A stretch of 27,015 nt of DNA from a virus (lineage: Duplodnaviria; Caudoviricetes), in IMG/VR virus record IMGVR_UViG_3300004778_000005, positions 1 to 27,015 of that record; one strand, written 5' to 3'. Shown in pieces: positions 7,108 through 14,570 of this stretch. The notes below the pieces were generated by a model, which was not told the origin of the DNA, ran no database searches, and saw only the letters and a program-made list of their open reading frames with translations. How positions within the stretch are numbered: position 1 is the first letter of the stretch; the number at the start of each line of letters is the position of its first letter. The position numbers and the translations under genes were made by a program.

Positions 7108-7439
7108 CGTGAACCTCCTGCATGTGCACGCACGCGGCGTGCGGGTGGCGGGTACTCGTTGTTGTCCCGCCCCTCTAACAGTGGAAATACCCCTCTGACC
7201 TGCGGTTTTGTCGAAGCAAATGGGTAGGTGGAGAGCAATGGCGTTACATAAGTCGTGCTCAACATCACCCTCTGGGCACTCAGACACCCCCATTTGCCCC
7301 AAGGGGACGGGGTATGTATATATGGAAAGACCCACTTTTGTATGTATACAACATTTATTGAATCCTATATTCCCTATACTCTCTCACTATATATGACTAC
7401 CCTTACTATAGTGATGAATATGTGTACTAATACAGATAC

Positions 7440-7468
7440 TTGACATTATCTCTCTTTAGATGTAGTAT
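7440..7468 (+). promoter_or_regulatory. sigma70/sigmaA-type promoter for the rightward operon
   Basis: TTGACA (7440-7445), 17-bp spacer, TAGTAT (7463-7468). Confidence 0.7.
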
Positions 7469-7488
7469 ATCCTCTTAGAAAGTACGTA

Positions 7489-7507
7489 ATATATATATAT
7501 ATATATA
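7489..7507. repeat. (AT)9A microsatellite
   Basis: Read directly from the sequence. Confidence 0.95.
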
Positions 7508-7662
7508 AGACCTTATGTATTTAACTTCTAGAGGAGAGGGTATGTATCCTAGAAAACTAAGAGTATGGAGTGAAGTATCACCTCCTAAAGAAATCTGTAT
7601 ACCGGGTTATCAATGTGATAACATTGATAAATATACTCCTCCGAAGTATAGGAGGGATTCCA

Positions 7663-8127
7663 ATGAAGATTGATAGATGGAAAGAACTCGTCAGGAAGAT
7701 GAGAACTGCTGGCTACACTATCCCCGCCATCAAGGACACTCTGGTGAATCTCGACATGGATATACCAGAGCGTACTTTGTACCACATAACCCGTAAATGC
7801 GAGGCTACTGACACCAAGATATCCCAATCCCTCTCCTTCCTTGACGCTCTTTTGTTTTTGAATGACGACCTACCCGCCAGCACGTTTTGCAACATTTTAC
7901 TTGATTTCAGCTATACTAATGAGGAGGCTTTTTCTAAATCATCTCCCTGCGTATTCGATTGTAGTGACGCCGAGTACGCTGACGATATCATGGACGAACT
8001 ACACGGCTACGGTGTTCATGTCTGGTATCCGACGAAGAACACGAAGGATGGACTCAAATCCTATCTCGATGATGAGCGTCGGCAGAACCGTCAAGAGGAG
8101 AAGTTACCGTACTATGGACAGAGGTAA
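7663..8127 (+). CDS. putative DNA-binding protein with N-terminal HTH (154 aa, start MKIDRW)
   Basis: SD AGGAGG. The segment VRKMRTAGYTIPAIKDTL...IPERTLYHI is HTH-like. Confidence 0.6.
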   Translation: MKIDRWKELVRKMRTAGYTIPAIKDTLVNLDMDIPERTLYHITRKCEATDTKISQSLSFLDALLFLNDDLPASTFCNILLDFSYTNEEAFSKSSPCVFDCSDAEYADDIMDELHGYGVHVWYPTKNTKDGLKSYLDDERRQNRQEEKLPYYGQR

Positions 8128-8269
8128 GAAAGTCTGGTGTCTCGTGTGTGGTACGTGGGTATTTGAGGAGGACACTCTCTCGGGGGTATGCGATGAATGC
8201 GCGGAAAGCCTCGCTACTCAAACTCAAAAGTTCGCTAGAAAGAAATCGTGGGACGACGACTACTCGTAA
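8114..8269 (+). CDS. 51-aa zinc-ribbon micro-protein
   Basis: MDRGKKVWCLVCG...GVCDEC, overlapping the upstream gene end. Confidence 0.6.
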   Translation: MDRGKKVWCLVCGTWVFEEDTLSGVCDECAESLATQTQKFARKKSWDDDYS

Positions 8270-8278
8270 GGAGATTCC

Positions 8279-8482
8279 ATGAAGGGTATCGGATTCGGTG
8301 GGAAACGCCCCACGGCTATGAAGCGTGTTTCTAAGTCTTCGAACCAACTCAAGACTCAGCCAGCAGGAAAGCCTGCCTCTATCGTCAAGGCTCCGATTCT
8401 TGGCAAGGGCAAGTTCTCTTTCAAAGAGGAGTCGGCCAACCAGTTCCAGGCTATGAAGCGTAAGAAGGGAATCGGGAAGTAA
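8279..8482 (+). CDS. 67-aa highly basic protein
   Basis: SD TAAGGAG. K/R-rich. Confidence 0.7.
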   Translation: MKGIGFGGKRPTAMKRVSKSSNQLKTQPAGKPASIVKAPILGKGKFSFKEESANQFQAMKRKKGIGK

Positions 8483-8745
8483 TGACTTGGCTCAGCAAGT
8501 TGCTAGGCATTGACGAACTTGTAGATGAACTAGATGAACTCAACTCTCAGGTTGCGAAGTATACCAAACTGATGAGGAAGAACAAGAAGGAATATCCAGT
8601 TCTCATCGAACCCGGTATGTACTACCCCAGCGAGGATGATGTCGTAGGCTCCGATGAGATGTCGGGTGAGACTCGTAAGCGAGCACTCTATGACCCGTAT
8701 AGGGCATGGGAGGTGTTCGATGGCGAGGAAGAAGAAGCCAGATAG
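8482..8745 (+). CDS. hypothetical protein (87 aa)
   Basis: TAATG coupling, with an N-terminal amphipathic helix and coiled coil. Confidence 0.7.
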   Translation: MTWLSKLLGIDELVDELDELNSQVAKYTKLMRKNKKEYPVLIEPGMYYPSEDDVVGSDEMSGETRKRALYDPYRAWEVFDGEEEEAR

Positions 8746-9196
8746 GAACGCGGTAGTCAAGGAACTCTACGCCGAGTGGCTAAGGCAACCTAACTCCAAC
8801 GCTCGTGTTGCAGCAGGATTCGCAGGCACCAAGAAGGAGTTCGCGGAGCAGCACAACGTAGACCGCTCAATCCTTTGGCACTGGGAGCAAGACCCAGAGT
8901 TTCGCAGGATGATTCACAATGACGTTCTTAATGTTCTCAGCGTTGACGAGGTGGAGCGAATCAAGTGGGCGCTTAAGATTAAGGCTTTCGAGGGTTCCGC
9001 TACACACGCTAAACTGCTCCTTGAGTGGGCTGGTCTCTATGGGGCCAAGGCTAGCAAGCCGCTAGAGCCGACCGAGGATGTATCTGATGAACTGAAAGAC
9101 TACACCGATGAGGAACTTCAAAAGATTCTTGAGATGGAAGACGCCCAAGAATTAGTTGATGACTCAGAAGTTGAGGACGAGGATGGCGACGACTGA
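8720..9196 (+). CDS. terS: terminase small subunit (HTH type; 158 aa, start MARKKK)
   Basis: SD GGAGGT, HTH TKKEFAEQHNVDRSILWHWEQDPEF, A..G...AKLLLE motif and acidic tail. Directly upstream of terL. Confidence 0.75.
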   Translation: MARKKKPDRNAVVKELYAEWLRQPNSNARVAAGFAGTKKEFAEQHNVDRSILWHWEQDPEFRRMIHNDVLNVLSVDEVERIKWALKIKAFEGSATHAKLLLEWAGLYGAKASKPLEPTEDVSDELKDYTDEELQKILEMEDAQELVDDSEVEDEDGDD

Positions 9197-10772
9197 TTAT
9201 TCGAAGCAAGACAAAGCATGGCAGGAAATGGAATGGCGTAAGGTAAAGAAGAGTTTCGCTTATTTCGTTGATGCCTACTGCTGGATGTGGATTAAAGAGG
9301 GCGGAGACCCAATCAGGTTCATCCTGAGACCGTATCAGGTGGAGGATGCGAATACCTTCCAGCACAAGATGAAGGTCATCATCCTCAAGGCTAGGCAGAT
9401 GGGACTATCCTGGCTGCTCTCGGCCTACGCTCTCTGGAAGTGTATGACGAAAACCAACTTCCATGCCTACTACAACTCGATTGGACTCAAGGAAGTCCAG
9501 GAACAGATGGAGCGAGTCAGGTTCATCTTCATGAATCTACCGGATTGGCTGCAACTACGCGGGTATATGGGTGGTAGGAACTGTAAGAATAACGACTCTA
9601 TCATAGAATTCGAGAACGGTAGCGCACTACACGCAACAGCCAGCAGCAAGTCCGCTGGTCACGGCGCTTCACCGGGTCTCATTATCTGTGATGAGTGGGC
9701 GCGTGTCGAAGATGCACAAAGGAAATGGCGAGCAATCAAGCCTTCCGCTGGTCTGAAGACCCAAATCTTCGTCATTAGCACCTCAAATGGGTTCGGGAAC
9801 CACTTCGCCGAGCTTTGGGTAGACGCGAAAGCGGGTTCCAATGGGTTCTATACAGTTTTCCACTCGTGGATGGAGAACCCAGAGTACAACCAGGCATACA
9901 TCGACGAGCAAAAGCGTGACTTCGCTGGTGATATGCAGGGATTCAAGGAAGCATATCCAGAAACTCCTGAAGACGCATTCTTGTCCGCCTCACGTTCAGT
10001 CTTCGACATAGAACGTATCAGGGAATGGAAACAAGTCATCAGGGAGTTGGAACAAAAGCCTGTCGAGCAGGGTGGTCTAAGGCCGATAGTGGGGTATCTC
10101 GACTTCGTAGTTGGTGCGGAAGACAAGAACAAGTTGGATTTGATAGAGAATCCGATGGAGCACCTTACGGTATGGAAGAAGCCAGAGGCTAATCACCGCT
10201 ATTCGATGGGTGTAGACGTTGCAGAGGGGCTGACTGGTGGTGACTTCTCTGCGTTTGTGGTACTTGATGTAGAGACAAGCGAGGTTGTGGCACTTTACAG
10301 AGGCCGGATTGCTCCAGAAGTATACTCTGACCCGATTGAGAAGTGCGCCAAATGGTACAACAACGCTTGGCTAGCGGTAGAGGTCAATACGGCTTCCGAC
10401 TTGATAATGTCGGACTTGAAACAGACCTACCCGTGGTTGTATATGAGACCACAGCGGGCGCGTATTACCGACTTACCCACTCTGGTGCCAGGTTTCTACA
10501 CTTCGGGAACTTCGAAGATGAGGATTATAACACAGATGAGGAGAAGGTTCTCTTCAACTGAGAAACCTATCAAGATTTACTCAGACATCCTGCTTGATGA
10601 GATGTCTTTCTACGAACAGAATGACAAGAAGCAACTAGGGGCAGCGCAGGGACACCACGACGACACAGTTATGGCTTGTGCTATCGCTATCGAGGCGGGG
10701 GAGACCCTTCCGTATCTATTGGAAACAAGAAATCAGAAGGCCCCAGTGGGAAGAGACTGGCGTTGTCTTTAG
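9183..10772 (+). CDS. terL: terminase large subunit (529 aa from MATTDY)
   Basis: LRPYQ adenine motif, Walker A KARQMGLS, Walker B LIICDE, C-motif ISTSNG, nuclease motifs MGVDVAEG...D and HDDTVMA. Confidence 0.95.
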   Translation: MATTDYSKQDKAWQEMEWRKVKKSFAYFVDAYCWMWIKEGGDPIRFILRPYQVEDANTFQHKMKVIILKARQMGLSWLLSAYALWKCMTKTNFHAYYNSIGLKEVQEQMERVRFIFMNLPDWLQLRGYMGGRNCKNNDSIIEFENGSALHATASSKSAGHGASPGLIICDEWARVEDAQRKWRAIKPSAGLKTQIFVISTSNGFGNHFAELWVDAKAGSNGFYTVFHSWMENPEYNQAYIDEQKRDFAGDMQGFKEAYPETPEDAFLSASRSVFDIERIREWKQVIRELEQKPVEQGGLRPIVGYLDFVVGAEDKNKLDLIENPMEHLTVWKKPEANHRYSMGVDVAEGLTGGDFSAFVVLDVETSEVVALYRGRIAPEVYSDPIEKCAKWYNNAWLAVEVNTASDLIMSDLKQTYPWLYMRPQRARITDLPTLVPGFYTSGTSKMRIITQMRRRFSSTEKPIKIYSDILLDEMSFYEQNDKKQLGAAQGHHDDTVMACAIAIEAGETLPYLLETRNQKAPVGRDWRCL

Positions 10773-10781
10773 GAGGATTAA

Positions 10782-12617
10782 ATGCCCGAGAATAAAGGCA
10801 AAGTGTTCACAGATGTTCCAGTCGAAGCCCTCAAGAAGAAGTGGGAAGAGGCTAAACAGGCTCGTAAGAAGTATGAGTCCCTTTGGGACAAGGGCCGCGA
10901 CTATTACGATGGTAAACAATGGGCTGCCGGAACCAAGATTGCTTGGTACCAGTCTGAACCTGTTTACAACAAGGTTGCAGAGTTCGTGGAAATCATGCGT
11001 GGTTACCTCTCCGACAATAAGTGGGGGGTTGACGCTGCTCCAGCCATTATTCCAGAAGAACTAATGGAGCAGATGACTGATGCTAACGCCTCCCCAGAGG
11101 TTGTTCAACAGGTCAAGAACAATATCCTAGATAACGTGGATAAAGTCAACAAACTTCTAGACTTTCTCTGGCAAGACAATAGAACCCAGAGCAAACTTGC
11201 TCAGGTTCTTCTTTATGTCTTCCTTTATGGCACTGGATTCCTAAAGTGTACGTTCGACCCAGACAACATTGGCGATGGCGGTATCGGGCAAATCGAGACT
11301 ACGGTTCTTTCTCCTTGGTATATCTTCCCAGACCCAGACGCCACTGACGTGACTGATGCTAACTATATCATCGAGCATCACCCTGTAAGCATTAGATGGA
11401 TTCGTGATAGATACCCAGAGAAGGCCCAGGAAGTATTCGATAGTGGAGAAACATCAACTACTGAATTCTACGAGCGCAAGGGTACTTCCACTCGTGGGCC
11501 TGCGCCGACTGACGAAGGACGCAGAATTGACATCTTGGAGTATTGGTATCGTGACACCACGCTTGACGAGACAATGGAAGGCCAAGAAGGCGTAAGCATG
11601 AAATTCCCAAATGGCCGCCATACACTAATGACTGCTGGTGGGATTGTTCTAGATGATGGTGCTAGCCTTTACTCGATGTGGCCGTATGTCCGCTTCATCG
11701 AGATTCCGCGTCCTGCCGAGTTCTGGGGGGATTGTACTATTTCCAAGGCGTTCGGCCTACAGGACAACATCAACCAGATTCTCCGTACCATCATCGACAA
11801 CGGACTCTGGATTGTGCACGGCCACTGGATTGTAGATAGCACTTCTGGTGTTACTCCTAACACTCTAGCCAACTATGGGCCTCGTTCGGTTATCGTTAAG
11901 AACCCAGGCACGGAGGCTAGACTTGATGCTGGGCAGCAACTTCCACAGCACCTTTTTGAAATGGTGGCTCAGATGGTGGAAGCGTTCGATAGGGTTGTCG
12001 GCCTACCAGACGTTCTAAGGGGGATTGTACCTAGTCGCCAACCAGTTCAGACTGTTATGATGCAACAAGAGTCCGGCGAAGTGCGGACGAGGGAACGGCA
12101 AAGGCGCGTTGAAGAGGCGCTTGCAGACCTCGGCAGGTTGTGGGTGGATATCGTATCCAATCACTGGAACGATAAGAGAACCATTCGCAACAAGAGAGCA
12201 CTCGGCGGTTTCGATATGTTCCAAATCAGCAAGGCAGATTTCGACAATTGGAAGTGGGATATCATGGTTGTTCCAGGCTCTACCGCTCCTATGGATAAGA
12301 ACTCGATTCTTACCATGCTGGGCGAGGCTATGAACAACATGGGTGTTCCAATTCCGCCCGACTTCCTCGTTGACGTGATGGCTGTTCCTGGACTCAAGCA
12401 GGCTATGGTTGAGCAGAACAACACACTTGTTCAAGAGGATGCGGAACAGGAGGTTCCTGCTGGGGACGAACCAATAAGTGACCCAGGAGTTCTTCCTCCG
12501 CCAGATATCGCGGGGCCATTGGCAGACTCGATGGCTGAACTACCGCCAGAACTGGCAGCAATAGCAAACGGTGGAGGTCTGCCGCCAGAGTTGATGGGGT
12601 TGCCCCCAGTAATGTAA
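10782..12617 (+). CDS. portal protein (P22-like)
   Basis: 611 aa after terL with DYYDGKQW, YGTGFLK, SPWYIFPDPDAT, PYVRF...FWG and LQDNIN motifs. Confidence 0.9.
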   Translation: MPENKGKVFTDVPVEALKKKWEEAKQARKKYESLWDKGRDYYDGKQWAAGTKIAWYQSEPVYNKVAEFVEIMRGYLSDNKWGVDAAPAIIPEELMEQMTDANASPEVVQQVKNNILDNVDKVNKLLDFLWQDNRTQSKLAQVLLYVFLYGTGFLKCTFDPDNIGDGGIGQIETTVLSPWYIFPDPDATDVTDANYIIEHHPVSIRWIRDRYPEKAQEVFDSGETSTTEFYERKGTSTRGPAPTDEGRRIDILEYWYRDTTLDETMEGQEGVSMKFPNGRHTLMTAGGIVLDDGASLYSMWPYVRFIEIPRPAEFWGDCTISKAFGLQDNINQILRTIIDNGLWIVHGHWIVDSTSGVTPNTLANYGPRSVIVKNPGTEARLDAGQQLPQHLFEMVAQMVEAFDRVVGLPDVLRGIVPSRQPVQTVMMQQESGEVRTRERQRRVEEALADLGRLWVDIVSNHWNDKRTIRNKRALGGFDMFQISKADFDNWKWDIMVVPGSTAPMDKNSILTMLGEAMNNMGVPIPPDFLVDVMAVPGLKQAMVEQNNTLVQEDAEQEVPAGDEPISDPGVLPPPDIAGPLADSMAELPPELAAIANGGGLPPELMGLPPVM

Positions 12618-12623
12618 TTCAAT

Positions 12624-12671
12624 GAGGAACGTCCCAGAGTATGTCGAAAGACCAATGCTACGGGAAGTCTC
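12624..12671 (+). promoter_or_regulatory. imperfect RNA stem-loop with GAAA tetraloop abutting the scaffold RBS
   Basis: Pairings GAG/CTC, TCCC/GGGA, AGTAT/ATGCT and GTC-GAAA-GAC. Confidence 0.5.
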
Positions 12672-12686
12672 GGAGGAAGGTTTACA

Positions 12687-13394
12687 ATGAGCGACGAACA
12701 GGGCGAGTTTGAAGTAGATACTGACGACGAACTAGATACCGAAGAGTTTGATGATACAGAAGATTCCGATGAGGATACTGTAATCTCAGATTCATATGAC
12801 GAGGACGATGAGGAGGATGAACTAGCGTGGGTACGTGAGGCTGGCCCCGATAAGGTCAAGAAGACTTGGAACCAGTACACACAGACACGCGAGGAAGTTC
12901 TCCAGATGGAGCGAGAACTAGAGCCATTCAAGAAACTAAAGGATGAGATTCTAGCAGACCCAGGACTCGTAGAAGTCATTGACAATTATTACAAGAACGG
13001 TCGTCCAGTAGATAGAGAACTCGCAGATGTAAAGCAGGAAATGATTGGACTGAGGAATCAGATTGCTACCGAGAGGGAACTTGCTGATACTCAGGATTGG
13101 ATTAAGAAGAACGAGTATCCTGCCGTTAAGGATGAAGCAGTTCTAAAGTACGCAGTAGAGAACGGTATCCCCAATCTTAAGGCGGCGTATAAGGATATGA
13201 TGTTCGACAAGATTCAAGACCGTAAAGCAAATCAGGTTGTTGCTGGAATCAAGAAGTCTAAGGGTGCATCTTCGCCAACTTCGAAGAAACCAACAACAAG
13301 TACCGCCAAGGTTACTAAGGACGACCTCTATAAAATGTCGGATGAAGACTTCATTAAGAACTACGACAAAGTAATGGAGCAGTACAACAAGTAG
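12687..13394 (+). CDS. capsid scaffolding protein
   Basis: Between portal and MCP. Very acidic N-terminus, YTQTREE coiled coil and C-terminal KMSDEDF motif. Confidence 0.8.
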   Translation: MSDEQGEFEVDTDDELDTEEFDDTEDSDEDTVISDSYDEDDEEDELAWVREAGPDKVKKTWNQYTQTREEVLQMERELEPFKKLKDEILADPGLVEVIDNYYKNGRPVDRELADVKQEMIGLRNQIATERELADTQDWIKKNEYPAVKDEAVLKYAVENGIPNLKAAYKDMMFDKIQDRKANQVVAGIKKSKGASSPTSKKPTTSTAKVTKDDLYKMSDEDFIKNYDKVMEQYNK

Positions 13395-13420
13395 TCTTGG
13401 CATCAAAGGAGTGAATATAT

Positions 13421-14488
13421 ATGGCTTCTCATGCCGCTGCAAGTGCTGTAACCCGAACTGGTGTTGGTGGGGCTAACCAGGGTAACATGGGGTTTGTGCC
13501 TGAGATTTGGTCAGGCAGAACCATGAAGGCTCTTGATGACAGTTCGTATTTTCTTCAACTAGTCAACCGTGACTATGAGGGGGATATCAAGGCCAAGGGC
13601 GATACTGTCCGTATCCACCACGTTGGTAACATCGTTGCCAAGCCCTATGTCATTGGTGCTCGTGACACCACCAACGCTCTGCGTAACGAGTCTGTTGTCT
13701 ACCAGACCGCTACCGGTGCGTCGATGCTGTTCTCTATTGATGCTGCTGATTACTTCGCCTTCGAGGTTGAAGACATTGAGCAGACTCAGGCTGACCCGAA
13801 GTATGTTTCGAACCTGACCGCTCGCGCTGGTGTTGCACTCGCACAGTCAACAGACCGTTACATTTTCGACAAGATGCTTGATGCCTCTGCCGCTGGAGCA
13901 GACGAGTTCGACCAAGCTGGTTCAGGTTCCACCTCTGTTGACGTTGCAACTGCTGGTGGACTTTACGACGCTCTTGTTGATATCGGTGTTAAACTCGATG
14001 ACAACCTCTGCCCAGAAGATGGACGCTACATTGTCCTACCTTCATTCCTCTATGCAAATATGCTAAAGGACACCCGTTTCGTCGGTGCTGGTGCATCAAC
14101 CGCTTCTAGCATTCTCGAAAAGGGCAAGAGGGGTCTTGCTGGTTCTCTCGCTGGTTTCAAGATTTACACGATGGCCCGTAAGACCTTCAAGGGTTATCTA
14201 ACCGGCAAGCAGAGCACGCAGGTTCTTGCTGATACGACCACAACGCTCAACCCGGTTCACGATTCTTGGACAAATAGCACGACCACATCAGACGATATCT
14301 ACTGGGGTGTCGCTGGTGTTAAGGATGCCTTCACGTTCGCTGACCAGATTACTAAGACGGAGAATATCCGCCTGTCTGGTGCGTTCGCAGATGGTGTTCG
14401 TGGTATGCACGTTTATGGTGGTAAGGCAGTTCGTCCACAGTGGATTCACAAGGTCATTGTGACTGACGACCAGTACACCGCAGACTAG
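13421..14488 (+). CDS. major capsid protein (P22 gp5-like, HK97 fold)
   Basis: FVPEIWS, NRDYEGDIKAKGDTVRI, YFAFEVEDIEQTQ, CPEDGRYIV and FADGVRGMHVYGGKAVRP motifs. Confidence 0.93.
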   Translation: MASHAAASAVTRTGVGGANQGNMGFVPEIWSGRTMKALDDSSYFLQLVNRDYEGDIKAKGDTVRIHHVGNIVAKPYVIGARDTTNALRNESVVYQTATGASMLFSIDAADYFAFEVEDIEQTQADPKYVSNLTARAGVALAQSTDRYIFDKMLDASAAGADEFDQAGSGSTSVDVATAGGLYDALVDIGVKLDDNLCPEDGRYIVLPSFLYANMLKDTRFVGAGASTASSILEKGKRGLAGSLAGFKIYTMARKTFKGYLTGKQSTQVLADTTTTLNPVHDSWTNSTTTSDDIYWGVAGVKDAFTFADQITKTENIRLSGAFADGVRGMHVYGGKAVRPQWIHKVIVTDDQYTAD

Positions 14489-14489
14489 A

Positions 14490-14550
14490 GTTAACCGGGC
14501 GGGTCGGGAGGGAACACCCCTCCCGACCTTGCCCATCTCTATTGGTTAAC
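14490..14550 (+). terminator. strong GC hairpin after MCP without U-tract (partial terminator or mRNA stabiliser)
   Basis: GGGCGGGTCGGGAGGG-aacac-CCCTCCCGACCTTGCCC, flanked by GTTAACC/GGTTAAC. Confidence 0.65.
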
Positions 14551-14570
14551 ATCACCTTAAGGAGATTCAT

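Larger units (their letters stand above)
7108..7662. other. non-coding divergence/control region (candidate origin, pac site or genome-end region)
   Basis: The only long intergenic region. Strand switch, GC-to-AT step near 7312, hairpins and an AT tract. Confidence 0.6.

Noticed and set aside
862-7198. Plus-strand ORFs across the left arm (e.g. 1141-1578, 2441-2953, 5208-5642)
   Set aside because: They are antisense shadows of SD-led, tightly packed minus-strand genes and carry no recognisable motifs.
6811-7335. Track's longer versions of ORFs (6811-7335, also 7570-8127 and 2950-3582)
   Set aside because: Internal ATGs with strong SD sequences (7107, 7663, 3411) are better starts. The extensions run through non-coding or overlapping DNA.
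7375-7414. CTCACTATA resembling a T7 promoter core
   Set aside because: The upstream specificity region does not match, it is not repeated before other late genes, and no RNA polymerase gene is in the window. It is kept only as an inverted repeat.
12624-12671. Hammerhead ribozyme
   Set aside because: GAAA is present but the CUGANGA core and three-way junction are not.
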